Shown here in pieces: positions 20,747 through 29,909 of a stretch of 64,000 nucleotides of DNA. The translations under genes and the position numbers were made by a program. Below the pieces are notes generated by a model, which was not told where the DNA came from, did no database searches, and saw only the letters and a program-made list of their open reading frames with translations. Within the stretch, counting starts at the first letter, position 1, and the number at the start of each line of letters is the position of its first letter. The stretch comes from Salinispira sp. (lineage in GTDB: Bacteria > Spirochaetota > Spirochaetia > DSM-27196 > Salinispiraceae), in contig CBDDDG010000012.1 of assembly GCA_965226555.1 (NCBI GenBank), forward strand, positions 64,001 to 128,000, read 5' to 3'.

Positions 20747-22304
20747 ATGAAAATTACGTCATACAGTTGGGGGGGGGGGGGTAGCCCTTTTCACATTCTG
20801 TGCAATAGCTATTGCGTTGATTTCTGGATGTCCAATGATAACTGCACCGCCGACCATGTCTGCTCCGACTCTGGTAGCGGGGAACGAACAGCTCACCGTA
20901 TCATGGATTGATCCTGCTACATGGAATTGGGGGTGGGGGGAGAACAACACAGACAACGATATTACTACATATCACCTGCGCTATCGGGAAGACGGCAGCG
21001 AGGGCTGGACGGAGATCAACTCCGGTATTACCGGCGTAAGCCACACCATTACCGAGCTGACAAACGGCCTCAGTTATGCCGTGCAGGTGCGCGCCGTCAA
21101 CGCGCAGGGCACTGGCGGCTGGTCGGCATCGGCCACGGCACGCCCTATTGCGCCGCCAACTGCGCCCCCTACCGCGCCGGGTACCATGGTTGCTCCAACC
21201 CTTGAAGTGGAAAATGGGTTACTCATTGCGAAATGGACTGCGCCGGAAAATGATGGCGGCAGCCCCATTACCGGGTATGAGCTGCAATATCGTACAGATG
21301 ACGGAGATTGGACGCGCATTACTTCCGGCATTGCCTGCGCACGCGGCGAGGGGCAGGCAGAAGTCTGTCATTTTTCCTTCTCATCGTACTCTCCCTACAC
21401 AATTCACAGCATTACGGCAGACGGCGCCAACTACCAACTACAGGTACGCGCCGTCAACGATCAAGGCGCGGGCAAATGGTCTTCATTCGCAATGTTCCCG
21501 TTTCCGTTTGCAACGCAGCTTCCAGCGGGCGAGTCAACGGTCGTAATTGTTCCGGCTGATATTGATAACCCCCTTGCCCCTGAAATTGCCACTGAGCTCA
21601 GCGTTTCTTTGACCACGGTGGGGGCGCGCAATATCACGGTCGAGGATGGAGACATTACGGCGGTTACTCCCACAGATACGCCCAATGGGGTCACCCCACC
21701 GACTGTCGATTCGAGCAGCGGACTTATTACGCTTACGGTTACCGCAGATACAACGGCAGGAACATATGTGATATATGACGATGCAATCGGAACCGATGGT
21801 CAACGGTTTGCCGAGTATTTCTCCGTTACCCTGAGTCCTCAAACTAACGCTGAACTGAAAACGGCGGTAACTGAGGCGATAGGAGACTACAACGATGACA
21901 ATGACTCTGGAATGTGGGGCAATACTGCCGATCTCAACTACATTATTACCACGGCAGTAAGAGATATGAGCCAGGTTTTTCAGAATGCAAGAACATTCAA
22001 TGGTGATATCTCACTCTGGGATGTCAGTTCGGTAACGAATATGACCAATATGTTCTTTTTTGCACCTGCATTCAATGGTGATATCTCGGGCTGGGATGTC
22101 AGCTCGGTAACGACTATGGAAGTTATGTTCAATAGTGCAACCGCATTCAATCAGAATCTTGAGGAGTGGAAGAACCATTGGACGCCTGCAACCGGCAACA
22201 AGCTTACTACCGCTGATCCTCCCAAATATACCGGAACCACAACAAATATGTTTACGAGTTCCGGCGTGAACACCGCTAATGGTAATGTGCCGTCATGGTA
22301 TTAG
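20747..22304 (+). CDS. FN3 + BspA/DUF285 surface lipoprotein, frameshifted at a G13 tract
   Basis: GGAGG RBS + ATG 20747 (MKITSYS) is out of frame with lipobox LISGC by 1 nt at G13 (20769-20781); two FN3 domains; WDVSSVTNM repeats. Confidence 0.85.
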
Positions 22305-22350
22305 TAGTTTCACAACCCGTAGGGGCTAGTGAAACGTTGCAATTCAACTC

Positions 22351-22392
22351 AGGCAGGCATGGGGCGCAGACCAGCCCCGTGCCTGCCTTTTT
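22351..22392 (+). terminator. Rho-independent terminator after lipoprotein gene
   Basis: AGGCAGGCATGGGGC...GCCCCGTGCCTGCCT followed by a T-run; also present at 28197-28239. Confidence 0.75.
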
Positions 22393-22704
22393 TCGATAAG
22401 ACGGCCGGCCGGCAGCGGCGTCTCCTGCTCGCAATGCGACTGTTGCTGAGACGGTGAGCTGGTCGTAGACTTGCGCCTCCTGGGCTGGTCGCGCTTCAGC
22501 GCTGCTCGCCCAAGCATCCGGCTCGCTCATGCGCTGGATCAGGCTAATATCCCGAAAAAGAGGATACAACGCTTGCCAAGCTGGATCTGGACAAAATCCG
22601 CATTGAAACCCCCAGCTACATTGCAGGAAAAAAGAACCTTCACTGCGATCTCGTTGTCAGCACCCCCTTCCTGTCAGACCCCGACCGGAAAGCCCTGTTT
22701 ATTA

Positions 22705-22831
22705 CTGAAAATTTTGCTCCGCAAAATTTTCCAATGAGGATTCTCTTATCTATACTCTTGATTCTCTCACGGTATAGAAAGTTTTGCCTTGGAAAATTGT
22801 GCAAGCACAATTTCCAGTAGCAAAACTTTTG
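22705..22831. repeat. 127-bp double-hairpin insertion in Rpn, flanked by TA
   Basis: Absent from intact paralogs (TTATTATTGAG); also at 48409 and 51720. Confidence 0.92.
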
Positions 22832-23327
22832 TATTGAACACAAAAGCTACCTGAATAAACATGCTCTCACACAGATCGATGACTATCAATATGCCCTCAG
22901 AAACAGCAATGTGTACAATGAAAGGGATGCTATCTATATACTGCTGCTCTACCATGGAAAAAAGGAATGGAACCTCCAGCGCGAATTTTATAGTTCGCAT
23001 GGAAATCCAGCTTCCGAATCCCTTACCGAAGGCACGGTAGATGTCAGGGTGAAAGTGTCGTACATTGTGCGCGATCTTTGTAGAATGACAAAGAAACAGT
23101 TGGCATGGCGTTCTGATGAAAAACGATATACATCGACTGCGTTGTGGTATATAATGCGAGACAATGAGATGGATGTTGAGGGGCTGAAAGAAATTGCGCA
23201 GCTCCTGAACGGTTTGTCATCACAAGACTTTACTGATCTAGCAGAGAGTGTGCTAGGCTATCTGAAAGATCTAAATCCACAACTGTATGAACAGTTTGAG
23301 AAAATTGACAGGGAACTGTTCCCTAGA

Positions 23328-23455
23328 CAAAGTTTTGCCGCAGGCAAAACTTTCTACAAAATGAGAGAATGCCAAGCGCAACGAGGCATGCCAAATGTGA
23401 AACTTTTGCTACTGGAAATTGTGCAAAGCACAATTTTCCAATGCAAAAGTTTCAG
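23328..23455. repeat. 128-bp double-hairpin insertion in Rpn
   Basis: Reverse complement resembles 49404-49531; absent from paralogs at the FPGGEN codons. Confidence 0.9.
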
Positions 23456-23469
23456 TAGGAGAAAACAGT

Positions 23470-23700
23470 ATGCGGACATATAACATAACCAACGCCTTCG
23501 TCAGAGAAGGCATGGAGAAAGGCATTCTGAAAGGCCGGGTTGAGGGTCTTGAGCAGGGACTTGAGCAAGGACAAGCTCAGCTCCAGCGTGAGTATGTACT
23601 CAAAATGCTCAGGAAGGGCATGTCGATGGATATTATTCATGAGTTAACCGAGCTCAGCGAAGATGAAATTCGAGCATTTCAGAAAAACGGCGAAGCGTAG
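23470..23700 (+). CDS. Putative small intragenic Rpn C-terminal protein (RpnS-like)
   Basis: AGGAG-7nt-ATG; intact 76-aa ORF MRTYNITNAF... Confidence 0.6.
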   Translation: MRTYNITNAFVREGMEKGILKGRVEGLEQGLEQGQAQLQREYVLKMLRKGMSMDIIHELTELSEDEIRAFQKNGEA

Positions 23701-23743
23701 CAGCGCATTACTTCAGCGCGCGCCGGGGTCAGGTCAAATAGTA

Positions 23744-23889
23744 CAAAGTTTTGCATTGATAAACTTTTGCTACTGAAAATTTTGCTCTGCAAAATTTTCC
23801 AATGAGGATTCTCTCATCCATATGTTTGATTCTCTCAAGGTATAGAAAGTTTTTCCACAGGAAAAACTTTATCAATGCAAAACCTTCTA
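23744..23889. repeat. Nested palindromic element
   Basis: Outer arms GTTTTGCATTGATAAA / TTTATCAATGCAAAAC enclose a double-hairpin unit. Confidence 0.88.
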
Positions 23890-23914
23890 TTATAATTAAA
23901 CGGAGGATCAGGAA

Positions 23915-25222
23915 GTGTTATCGGGTCATGTAGAACTTATTCGGGAAGTCTTTAAATACTCTCATCGTTTTATTTCCAAACGCTTTGTCATTCAAATATC
24001 TTCTGAACTTTTTAATCATCGCCTGTTTCCTTCTCTCATAAGAGATATGGCCCTTCTCAGGCATAATGGATTTCAGCTTTTACTTGTCCCCGGCGCCCAG
24101 TTGCAAATTGACAATGTTCTCCAACAGTTTGATCGGGAGACAAATTTCAAAGAGGGACTTCGGATATCGGGAGAAGAAAACATGCCGCTTATTGTTATGG
24201 CAGCCTTCGATGTCGCCCACCGATTAATGACAGAATTCTCCAGTCAACAGTTAGATTCTGTTATCGGAAACTGGGTGCGGGCGCAGAGCCTCGGTGTTGT
24301 CGAGGGCAATGATTTTCAGATGACCGGCAGTGTACAAAAAATTAATACTGAGCAGATACTGCGAATTCTGGATGACGGCATCATTCCCATACTGCCCTGT
24401 GTCGGCTGGAATGCCACAGGACAAACCTACAATATTTCAAGTCTGAAACTTGCCCGCGCCTTGGCAGTGGAACTACAGGCAGAAAAGCTTTTTTACATAA
24501 GCGATTCTTTTTCTCTGAATGCTGAAACTGTAGATCTCGATGGAGTAGAAACGACCATTATTACCGATCAGGTGAGTAGTCTCAGCATTCACGATGCCGA
24601 GATATTTCTTGCTCAGAATAAAGAACGTTTGAAAGAAGATGATTTCACGTTTATTTCGGAATCGATTCAGGCGGTAAGCAGCGGGGTCACACGGGCGCAC
24701 ATTCTCAATGGATCGCTGGATGGAGCAATACTCCGTGAGATTTTCAGCACCCAAGGATGCGGTGTCATGATCCATATGAACCCTTTTAATGAAATTCGTT
24801 CCATGGAAGTGCATGACATAAGCGATGTTCTGCGTATTATGGCGCCGGAAGTTGAACGAGGTAACCTGCGCGAACGAAGCAGGAAGGAATTGTTACACAT
24901 GCAGGACGATTTTATCGTCTATGAATCGGACGGTTCCATTCAAGCCTGCGCTGCCCTTCATCGTTATGGAGAGAATATGGCAGAAATTGCAGCCTTAGCG
25001 GTTGATCCGCCGTTTAATAATCTTGGTATTGGGAACAAACTTCTTTTGTATATGATTGATCATGCCCGAAAACAGGGAATAGCAAAGGTTTTCGTACTCA
25101 CCACTCAGGCTGCCGATTGGTTTCTCAATGCGGGTTTTCATAGAGCTGATCCCTCAATTCTTCCTGAAGAACGTCCATATAATAATGACCGGAATAGCCG
25201 GATATACTATCTGGAATTGTAA
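23915..25222 (+). CDS. argA: Amino-acid N-acetyltransferase
   Basis: N-terminal amino-acid-kinase-like domain plus C-terminal GNAT (AEIAALAV, GIGNKLL, VLTTQAADWF, RNSRI). Confidence 0.9.
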   Translation: MLSGHVELIREVFKYSHRFISKRFVIQISSELFNHRLFPSLIRDMALLRHNGFQLLLVPGAQLQIDNVLQQFDRETNFKEGLRISGEENMPLIVMAAFDVAHRLMTEFSSQQLDSVIGNWVRAQSLGVVEGNDFQMTGSVQKINTEQILRILDDGIIPILPCVGWNATGQTYNISSLKLARALAVELQAEKLFYISDSFSLNAETVDLDGVETTIITDQVSSLSIHDAEIFLAQNKERLKEDDFTFISESIQAVSSGVTRAHILNGSLDGAILREIFSTQGCGVMIHMNPFNEIRSMEVHDISDVLRIMAPEVERGNLRERSRKELLHMQDDFIVYESDGSIQACAALHRYGENMAEIAALAVDPPFNNLGIGNKLLLYMIDHARKQGIAKVFVLTTQAADWFLNAGFHRADPSILPEERPYNNDRNSRIYYLEL

Positions 25223-25292
25223 ACGGGCAACATTTGGCAAAACCTGGTTTTTGCATTGATAAAGTTTTAGCACGCAGGCAGAGCAACGTCAA

Positions 25293-26345
25293 TTAATGCG
25301 ATCCGTTCCGCAATGTCCGCATTTCCTCATCGCTCAGCCCGGTAATTCTCTGAACAGCCTCGGTCGACAACCCTTCCAAAAACATACTGCGGGCCGTTTC
25401 TCGAATGCCTTCTTCACGACCTTCCTGTCGACCTGTTTGCAGTCCTGTCTGCAGTCCTTCCTGTCGACCTTCTTCACGGCCTTCCTGCCGACCTGTTTGC
25501 AGTCCTGTCTGCAGTCCTTCCTGCCGACCCATTTCCGCAATGTGCGCTCTGAATGTTTCCGCATTCATTCTGAACATTTTCGCTACCTCCTTACCTCTCG
25601 GTTCTTTTGTTCTTTCTAACTGGTTCATTAGCGTGTCAAAGTCTATAACAATTCCGAACATCGAATCTACCACGCCAATAAATTCCTTTATCAGCTCCAG
25701 CGATTCCTCATTCAGCATTTCTGCTATCGCGTTCTCCACCTTCTGAATGTCCCAATCCGTATTCAGCAGATTTTTCGAGTACAGATCAAGGTACATAACA
25801 GCCGCAAACATTCTTCCCCGCTGCTGCAGCTGCTCCGCAGAATAATCGCTCTCACTTATCAGCTCGTAAGGAAAAGGAGCAAGATACTGCGGGAATTTCC
25901 GCTTCCGTTGCTTTCTGACATTCCCGGGCACCTTCCATTTTCTCGTACCATTATAAAACACAATGGGCAGAAATATCAACTCGCAGTCATCGGGAATTGC
26001 GCCGGAGCGGTGAATGTTCCGGTAGAGAAGGTTTGTGTACTCCGACATGCGGAGGGGCATGTCTTTGTCCACTCCAGACTGATGCTCAAGGAGCACATAG
26101 ATAGCAACATCTCCCGTGTGATCCCGAGTTCTGATTTTGCAGATAATGTCGGCCATTCGTGTTTTCGCATGATCGATGAAAAAGGTACCGTTTTCGATGG
26201 TGATATCCTCGATTCGGAGTTTTTTCGTCCATGCGCCTCCGACAAAGCGTTGAAGAAATTGGAGCATTATTGCGGGTTGGAACAGCAGGGAGCGGTATCC
26301 TTGGTCGTAGGGAACGGGGGCGGGTTTTTCTTTGAAATCGATCAT
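25293..26345 (-). CDS. Rpn family nuclease (divergent subtype), intact
   Basis: YDQGYR, ADII, LLEHQS, DMPLRM, PIVFYNG, GRQEG repeats; GGAGG RBS at ATG 26345; internal AAGGAGGT + ATG 25577. Confidence 0.92.
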   Translation of the reverse strand: MIDFKEKPAPVPYDQGYRSLLFQPAIMLQFLQRFVGGAWTKKLRIEDITIENGTFFIDHAKTRMADIICKIRTRDHTGDVAIYVLLEHQSGVDKDMPLRMSEYTNLLYRNIHRSGAIPDDCELIFLPIVFYNGTRKWKVPGNVRKQRKRKFPQYLAPFPYELISESDYSAEQLQQRGRMFAAVMYLDLYSKNLLNTDWDIQKVENAIAEMLNEESLELIKEFIGVVDSMFGIVIDFDTLMNQLERTKEPRGKEVAKMFRMNAETFRAHIAEMGRQEGLQTGLQTGRQEGREEGRQEGLQTGLQTGRQEGREEGIRETARSMFLEGLSTEAVQRITGLSDEEMRTLRNGSH

Positions 26346-26569
26346 ATAATCCTCCTGAACGTTTCTTTCTGAATAGGGGAGCTCCCATGGCGACATGGTC
26401 CCATGGTGAATTCTCCCCTCTATATCTGTGACGGGTAAACTGTCATTTTTAACTATGTATTTTGAAAGAATTTGAAAAAAGTTTGCCTTTTATAAAACAT
26501 TTTTATTGCATGGATTCTTTGTACATGATACTATGCAACAATCTTATAATTTATCGTGAGGAGGAAATC

Positions 26570-28153
26570 ATGAACATTAAATTATACAAGGGAACCCGGT
26601 TTCTACTCTGCGCGATGTGCATAGCATTAATTGCTGCATGTCCGATGCCGGAACCCGAGCCAACTGTGCCGGGTACAATAGGTGCCCCAGACCTTAAAGC
26701 GGGGAATGGGCAACTAACGGTTAACTGGACTGCGCCGAACAATGGCGGCAGCGAAATTACCACATACCACCTTCACCATAGCACGGACGGCGGTACCACG
26801 TGGTCGGAAATTATTGTACTTGCCGCGCCAGCCGCAAGCTACACCATTATGGACCTGAGAAACGCCGCTGAGTACCATGTACAGGCGCGCGCCGTCAATG
26901 CAGTCGGCGCTGGGACATGGTCGGAATCTGCCGTTGAAACTCTCCCTGCTGTTGCAACTCCCTCTGCCACCGTTCCTGACGCGCCGGCTGCCCCAACCCT
27001 TGAACCGGGGAACAGGCATCTCATAGTTGCATGGGCTGCGCCGGACGATGGCGGGAGCGAAATTACCACATACCACCTTCACCATAGTGCGGACGGCGGT
27101 ACCACGTGGTCGGAAATTATTGTACTTGCCGCGCCAGCCGCAAGCTACACCATTAGAGGCCTGAGAAACGGCACTCCCTACGAAGTACAGGCGCGCGCCG
27201 TGAACAACGAGGGCGCGGGTATGTGGTCGGAAATTGCAACGGAAACGCCGTTAGTTGTTGCGGCGCAACAGACTCCGGGGGGTACGGCAGCATCGCTAAG
27301 CCTTTCGGCTGCCAATACTGCCATAATTGCCAGTGAGAATCTAACCGTTAAGTTGACCACGGCGGAACCGGGTACTCTCGCGGCCAATGAAAGATCAGGA
27401 ACCATTACGGTTACCCCCGCAACTGCGCCCGATGGGGTTAGCATTCCGACTGTTGATTCGAGCAGCGGAGTTATTACGGTTACTACAAGTACAACGGCAG
27501 GAACATATCTGGTATATGGTGAAACCGGAAGCGGAGACATACTCTTTGCCGAATATCTCTCTGTTACCGTGAGCCCTACTACTAACGCTCAACTGAAAAC
27601 AGCGGTAAATACCGGGATATCAAACTGGGGAGATACTGCCGATCTCAACTACATTATTACCACCGCAGTAACGGATATGTCCACTGTTTTCAAGAATAAC
27701 ACCACATTCAATGGCGATATCTCACTTTGGGATACTACAGCGGTAACGGATATGAACAATATGTTCTATTTAACAATCTTATTCGATGGCGATATCTCTG
27801 GCTGGGATACTGGCGCGGTAACGAATATGATGCATACGTTCTATTCTGCAGCCTCATTCAATGGTGATATCTCGGGATGGGATGTCAGTTCGGTAACAAA
27901 TATGTCTTGGATGTTCAATGCTGCAGGCATATTCAATATTGATATTTCCGGCTGGGATGTCAGCAAGGTAACGAATATGCACTGGATGTTCCAGAGCGCA
28001 AGCGCATTCAATGTCGATCTTGAGGAGTGGAAGGAACATTGGACCTCCGAAACTGGCAACAAGCTCAATGCTTCTGGCAAATATACCGGAAACAAAACAG
28101 ATATGTTTCAGGGTTCCGGCGTGACAGGTGATCTGATTCCGTCATGGCTTTAG
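26570..28153 (+). CDS. FN3 + BspA/DUF285 surface lipoprotein
   Basis: GAGGAGG RBS; signal peptide with LIAAC lipobox; two FN3 domains; WD(T/V)xxVTxM repeats. Confidence 0.9.
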   Translation: MNIKLYKGTRFLLCAMCIALIAACPMPEPEPTVPGTIGAPDLKAGNGQLTVNWTAPNNGGSEITTYHLHHSTDGGTTWSEIIVLAAPAASYTIMDLRNAAEYHVQARAVNAVGAGTWSESAVETLPAVATPSATVPDAPAAPTLEPGNRHLIVAWAAPDDGGSEITTYHLHHSADGGTTWSEIIVLAAPAASYTIRGLRNGTPYEVQARAVNNEGAGMWSEIATETPLVVAAQQTPGGTAASLSLSAANTAIIASENLTVKLTTAEPGTLAANERSGTITVTPATAPDGVSIPTVDSSSGVITVTTSTTAGTYLVYGETGSGDILFAEYLSVTVSPTTNAQLKTAVNTGISNWGDTADLNYIITTAVTDMSTVFKNNTTFNGDISLWDTTAVTDMNNMFYLTILFDGDISGWDTGAVTNMMHTFYSAASFNGDISGWDVSSVTNMSWMFNAAGIFNIDISGWDVSKVTNMHWMFQSASAFNVDLEEWKEHWTSETGNKLNASGKYTGNKTDMFQGSGVTGDLIPSWL

Positions 28154-28196
28154 TTTCATAGCCCGCAACGGCTAATGAAACATTGCAATTCAACTC

Positions 28197-28239
28197 AGGC
28201 AGGCGCGGGGCGCCGATCAGCCCCGTGCCTGCCTTTTTT
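28197..28239 (+). terminator. Rho-independent terminator
   Basis: GC-rich hairpin plus T-run, homologous to 22351-22392. Confidence 0.75.
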
Positions 28240-28415
28240 CGATAAGACGGCTGGTCGGCGTTGCGCGGCTGCTCGCCCAAGTGCATCCGGCTCGCCATGC
28301 GGCGGGGCTGATCAAACAGTAATATCCCAAAATAATAGAAACTTTTTTCAAAAACTTTCTCATTTTGTCATTCATATCTCGTTTTTCTCCCGTCACAGAT
28401 GTAGGAGGAAAATGT

Positions 28416-29501
28416 ATGAAAAAATCATCCCAGAGCACAGGCCACATCCACGACATAGCCTTCAAGATCGCCTACTATAGAACCCCCCGGCTGATTCCCG
28501 ACCTGCTGCGGCTGTTCTGTGAGGATACTGCGCTTGCCAAGCTGGACTTGGGCAAAATCCGCATTGAAACCCCCAGCTACATTGCAGGAAAAAAGAACCT
28601 TCACTGCGATCTCGTTGTCAGCGCCCCCTTCCTGTCAGACCCCAAGCGGAAATCTCTGTTTATTATTGAGCACAAAAGCTACCTGCACAAACACGTTCTC
28701 ACACAGATTGATGACTATCAATATGCCCTCAGAAACAGCAATGTGTACAATGAAAATGATGCTATCTATATACTTCTGCTCTACCATGGAAAAAAGGAAT
28801 GGAACCTTCCACTCACATTTTACAGTTCACATGGAAATCCAACCTCTGAATCCATGACTGAAGGCACGGTAGATGTCAGGGTGAAAGTGTCGTACATTGT
28901 GCGCGATCTGAGGAGAATGACAAAGAAGCAGTTGGCATTGCGCTCCGATGAAAAACGATATACATCGACTGCGTTGTGGTATATAATGCGAGATAATAAA
29001 ATGGATGCTGAGGGGCTGAAAGAAATTGCGCAGCTCCTGAACGGTCTGTCATCACAAGACTTTACTGATCTGGCAGAGAGTGTGCTAGGCTATCTAAAAG
29101 ATCTGGGACTGTATGAGCAGTTTGAGAAAATTGACAGGGAACTATATCCTGAAGGAGAAAACAGTATGCGGACATATAATATTACCAACGCCTTCGTCAG
29201 GGAAGGCATGGAGAAAGGAATGGAGAAAGGTATTCTGAAAGGTCGGATTGAAGGTCTTGAGCAGGGTATCACAAAGGGCAGGGCTGAGGGCATGGAGAAA
29301 GGCGTTCTGAAGGGCCGGATTGAAGGTCTTGATCAGGGTATCACAAAGGGCAGGCAGGAAGGACTGCGAACAGGTCGTGAAGAAGGCATTCGAGAAACTG
29401 CCCGCAGTATGTTTTCCAAAGGATTTTCAGCCCATGACATTCAGGATGTTACCGGGCTGAGCGATGAGGAAATGCGGACAGTGCGGAACGGATCGCATTA
29501 A
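28416..29501 (+). CDS. Rpn family nuclease, intact
   Basis: HDIAFK, CDLVV, FIIEHKSY, LLYHG, GxEKG repeats; AGGAGG RBS; internal AAGGAG + ATG 29166. Confidence 0.92.
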   Translation: MKKSSQSTGHIHDIAFKIAYYRTPRLIPDLLRLFCEDTALAKLDLGKIRIETPSYIAGKKNLHCDLVVSAPFLSDPKRKSLFIIEHKSYLHKHVLTQIDDYQYALRNSNVYNENDAIYILLLYHGKKEWNLPLTFYSSHGNPTSESMTEGTVDVRVKVSYIVRDLRRMTKKQLALRSDEKRYTSTALWYIMRDNKMDAEGLKEIAQLLNGLSSQDFTDLAESVLGYLKDLGLYEQFEKIDRELYPEGENSMRTYNITNAFVREGMEKGMEKGILKGRIEGLEQGITKGRAEGMEKGVLKGRIEGLDQGITKGRQEGLRTGREEGIRETARSMFSKGFSAHDIQDVTGLSDEEMRTVRNGSH

Positions 29502-29569
29502 TTGACGTTGCTCGGTCTGCGCGCAGAGCGGATAACATCAACATTCAGATCAACCTCACATACCAGTTC

Positions 29570-29896
29570 CTTCAGAGAATGCTCAGATATTCTGGAACTT
29601 CATATATTCATACTTCAACAAAAACCTCGCGCAGAGCACAGGCCATATCCACGACATAGCCTTCAAGATCGCCTACTACAGAACCCCCCGGCTGATTCCC
29701 GATCTACTGCGGCTGTTCTGTGAGGATACTGCGCTTGCCAAGCTGGACTTGGGCAAAATCCGCATTGAAAACCCCCAGCTACATTGCAGGAAAAAAGAAC
29801 CTTCACTGCGATCTCGTTGTCAGCGCCCCCTCCCTGTCAGACCCCGACCGGAAGGCTCTTTTTATTACTGAAACTTTTGCATTGATAAAATTTCTG
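29570..29896 (+). pseudogene. Rpn N-terminal fragments ending in a hairpin-element remnant
   Basis: Matches about 49660-49720 and then the Rpn 5' region; frameshifted; stops at TTTATTA|CTGAAACTTTTGC. Confidence 0.85.
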
Positions 29897-29909
29897 CTAT
29901 TATTGTGCG

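Larger units (their letters stand above)
22560..23700 (+). pseudogene. Rpn family nuclease, 5'-truncated, with two hairpin insertions
   Basis: Near-identical to 28416-29501; insertions at 22705-22831 and 23328-23455. Confidence 0.88.

Noticed and set aside
22304..22335. GTTTCA...TGAAAC hairpin resembling a CRISPR repeat
   Set aside because: Single dispersed copies, no regular repeat-spacer array and no cas genes in the window.
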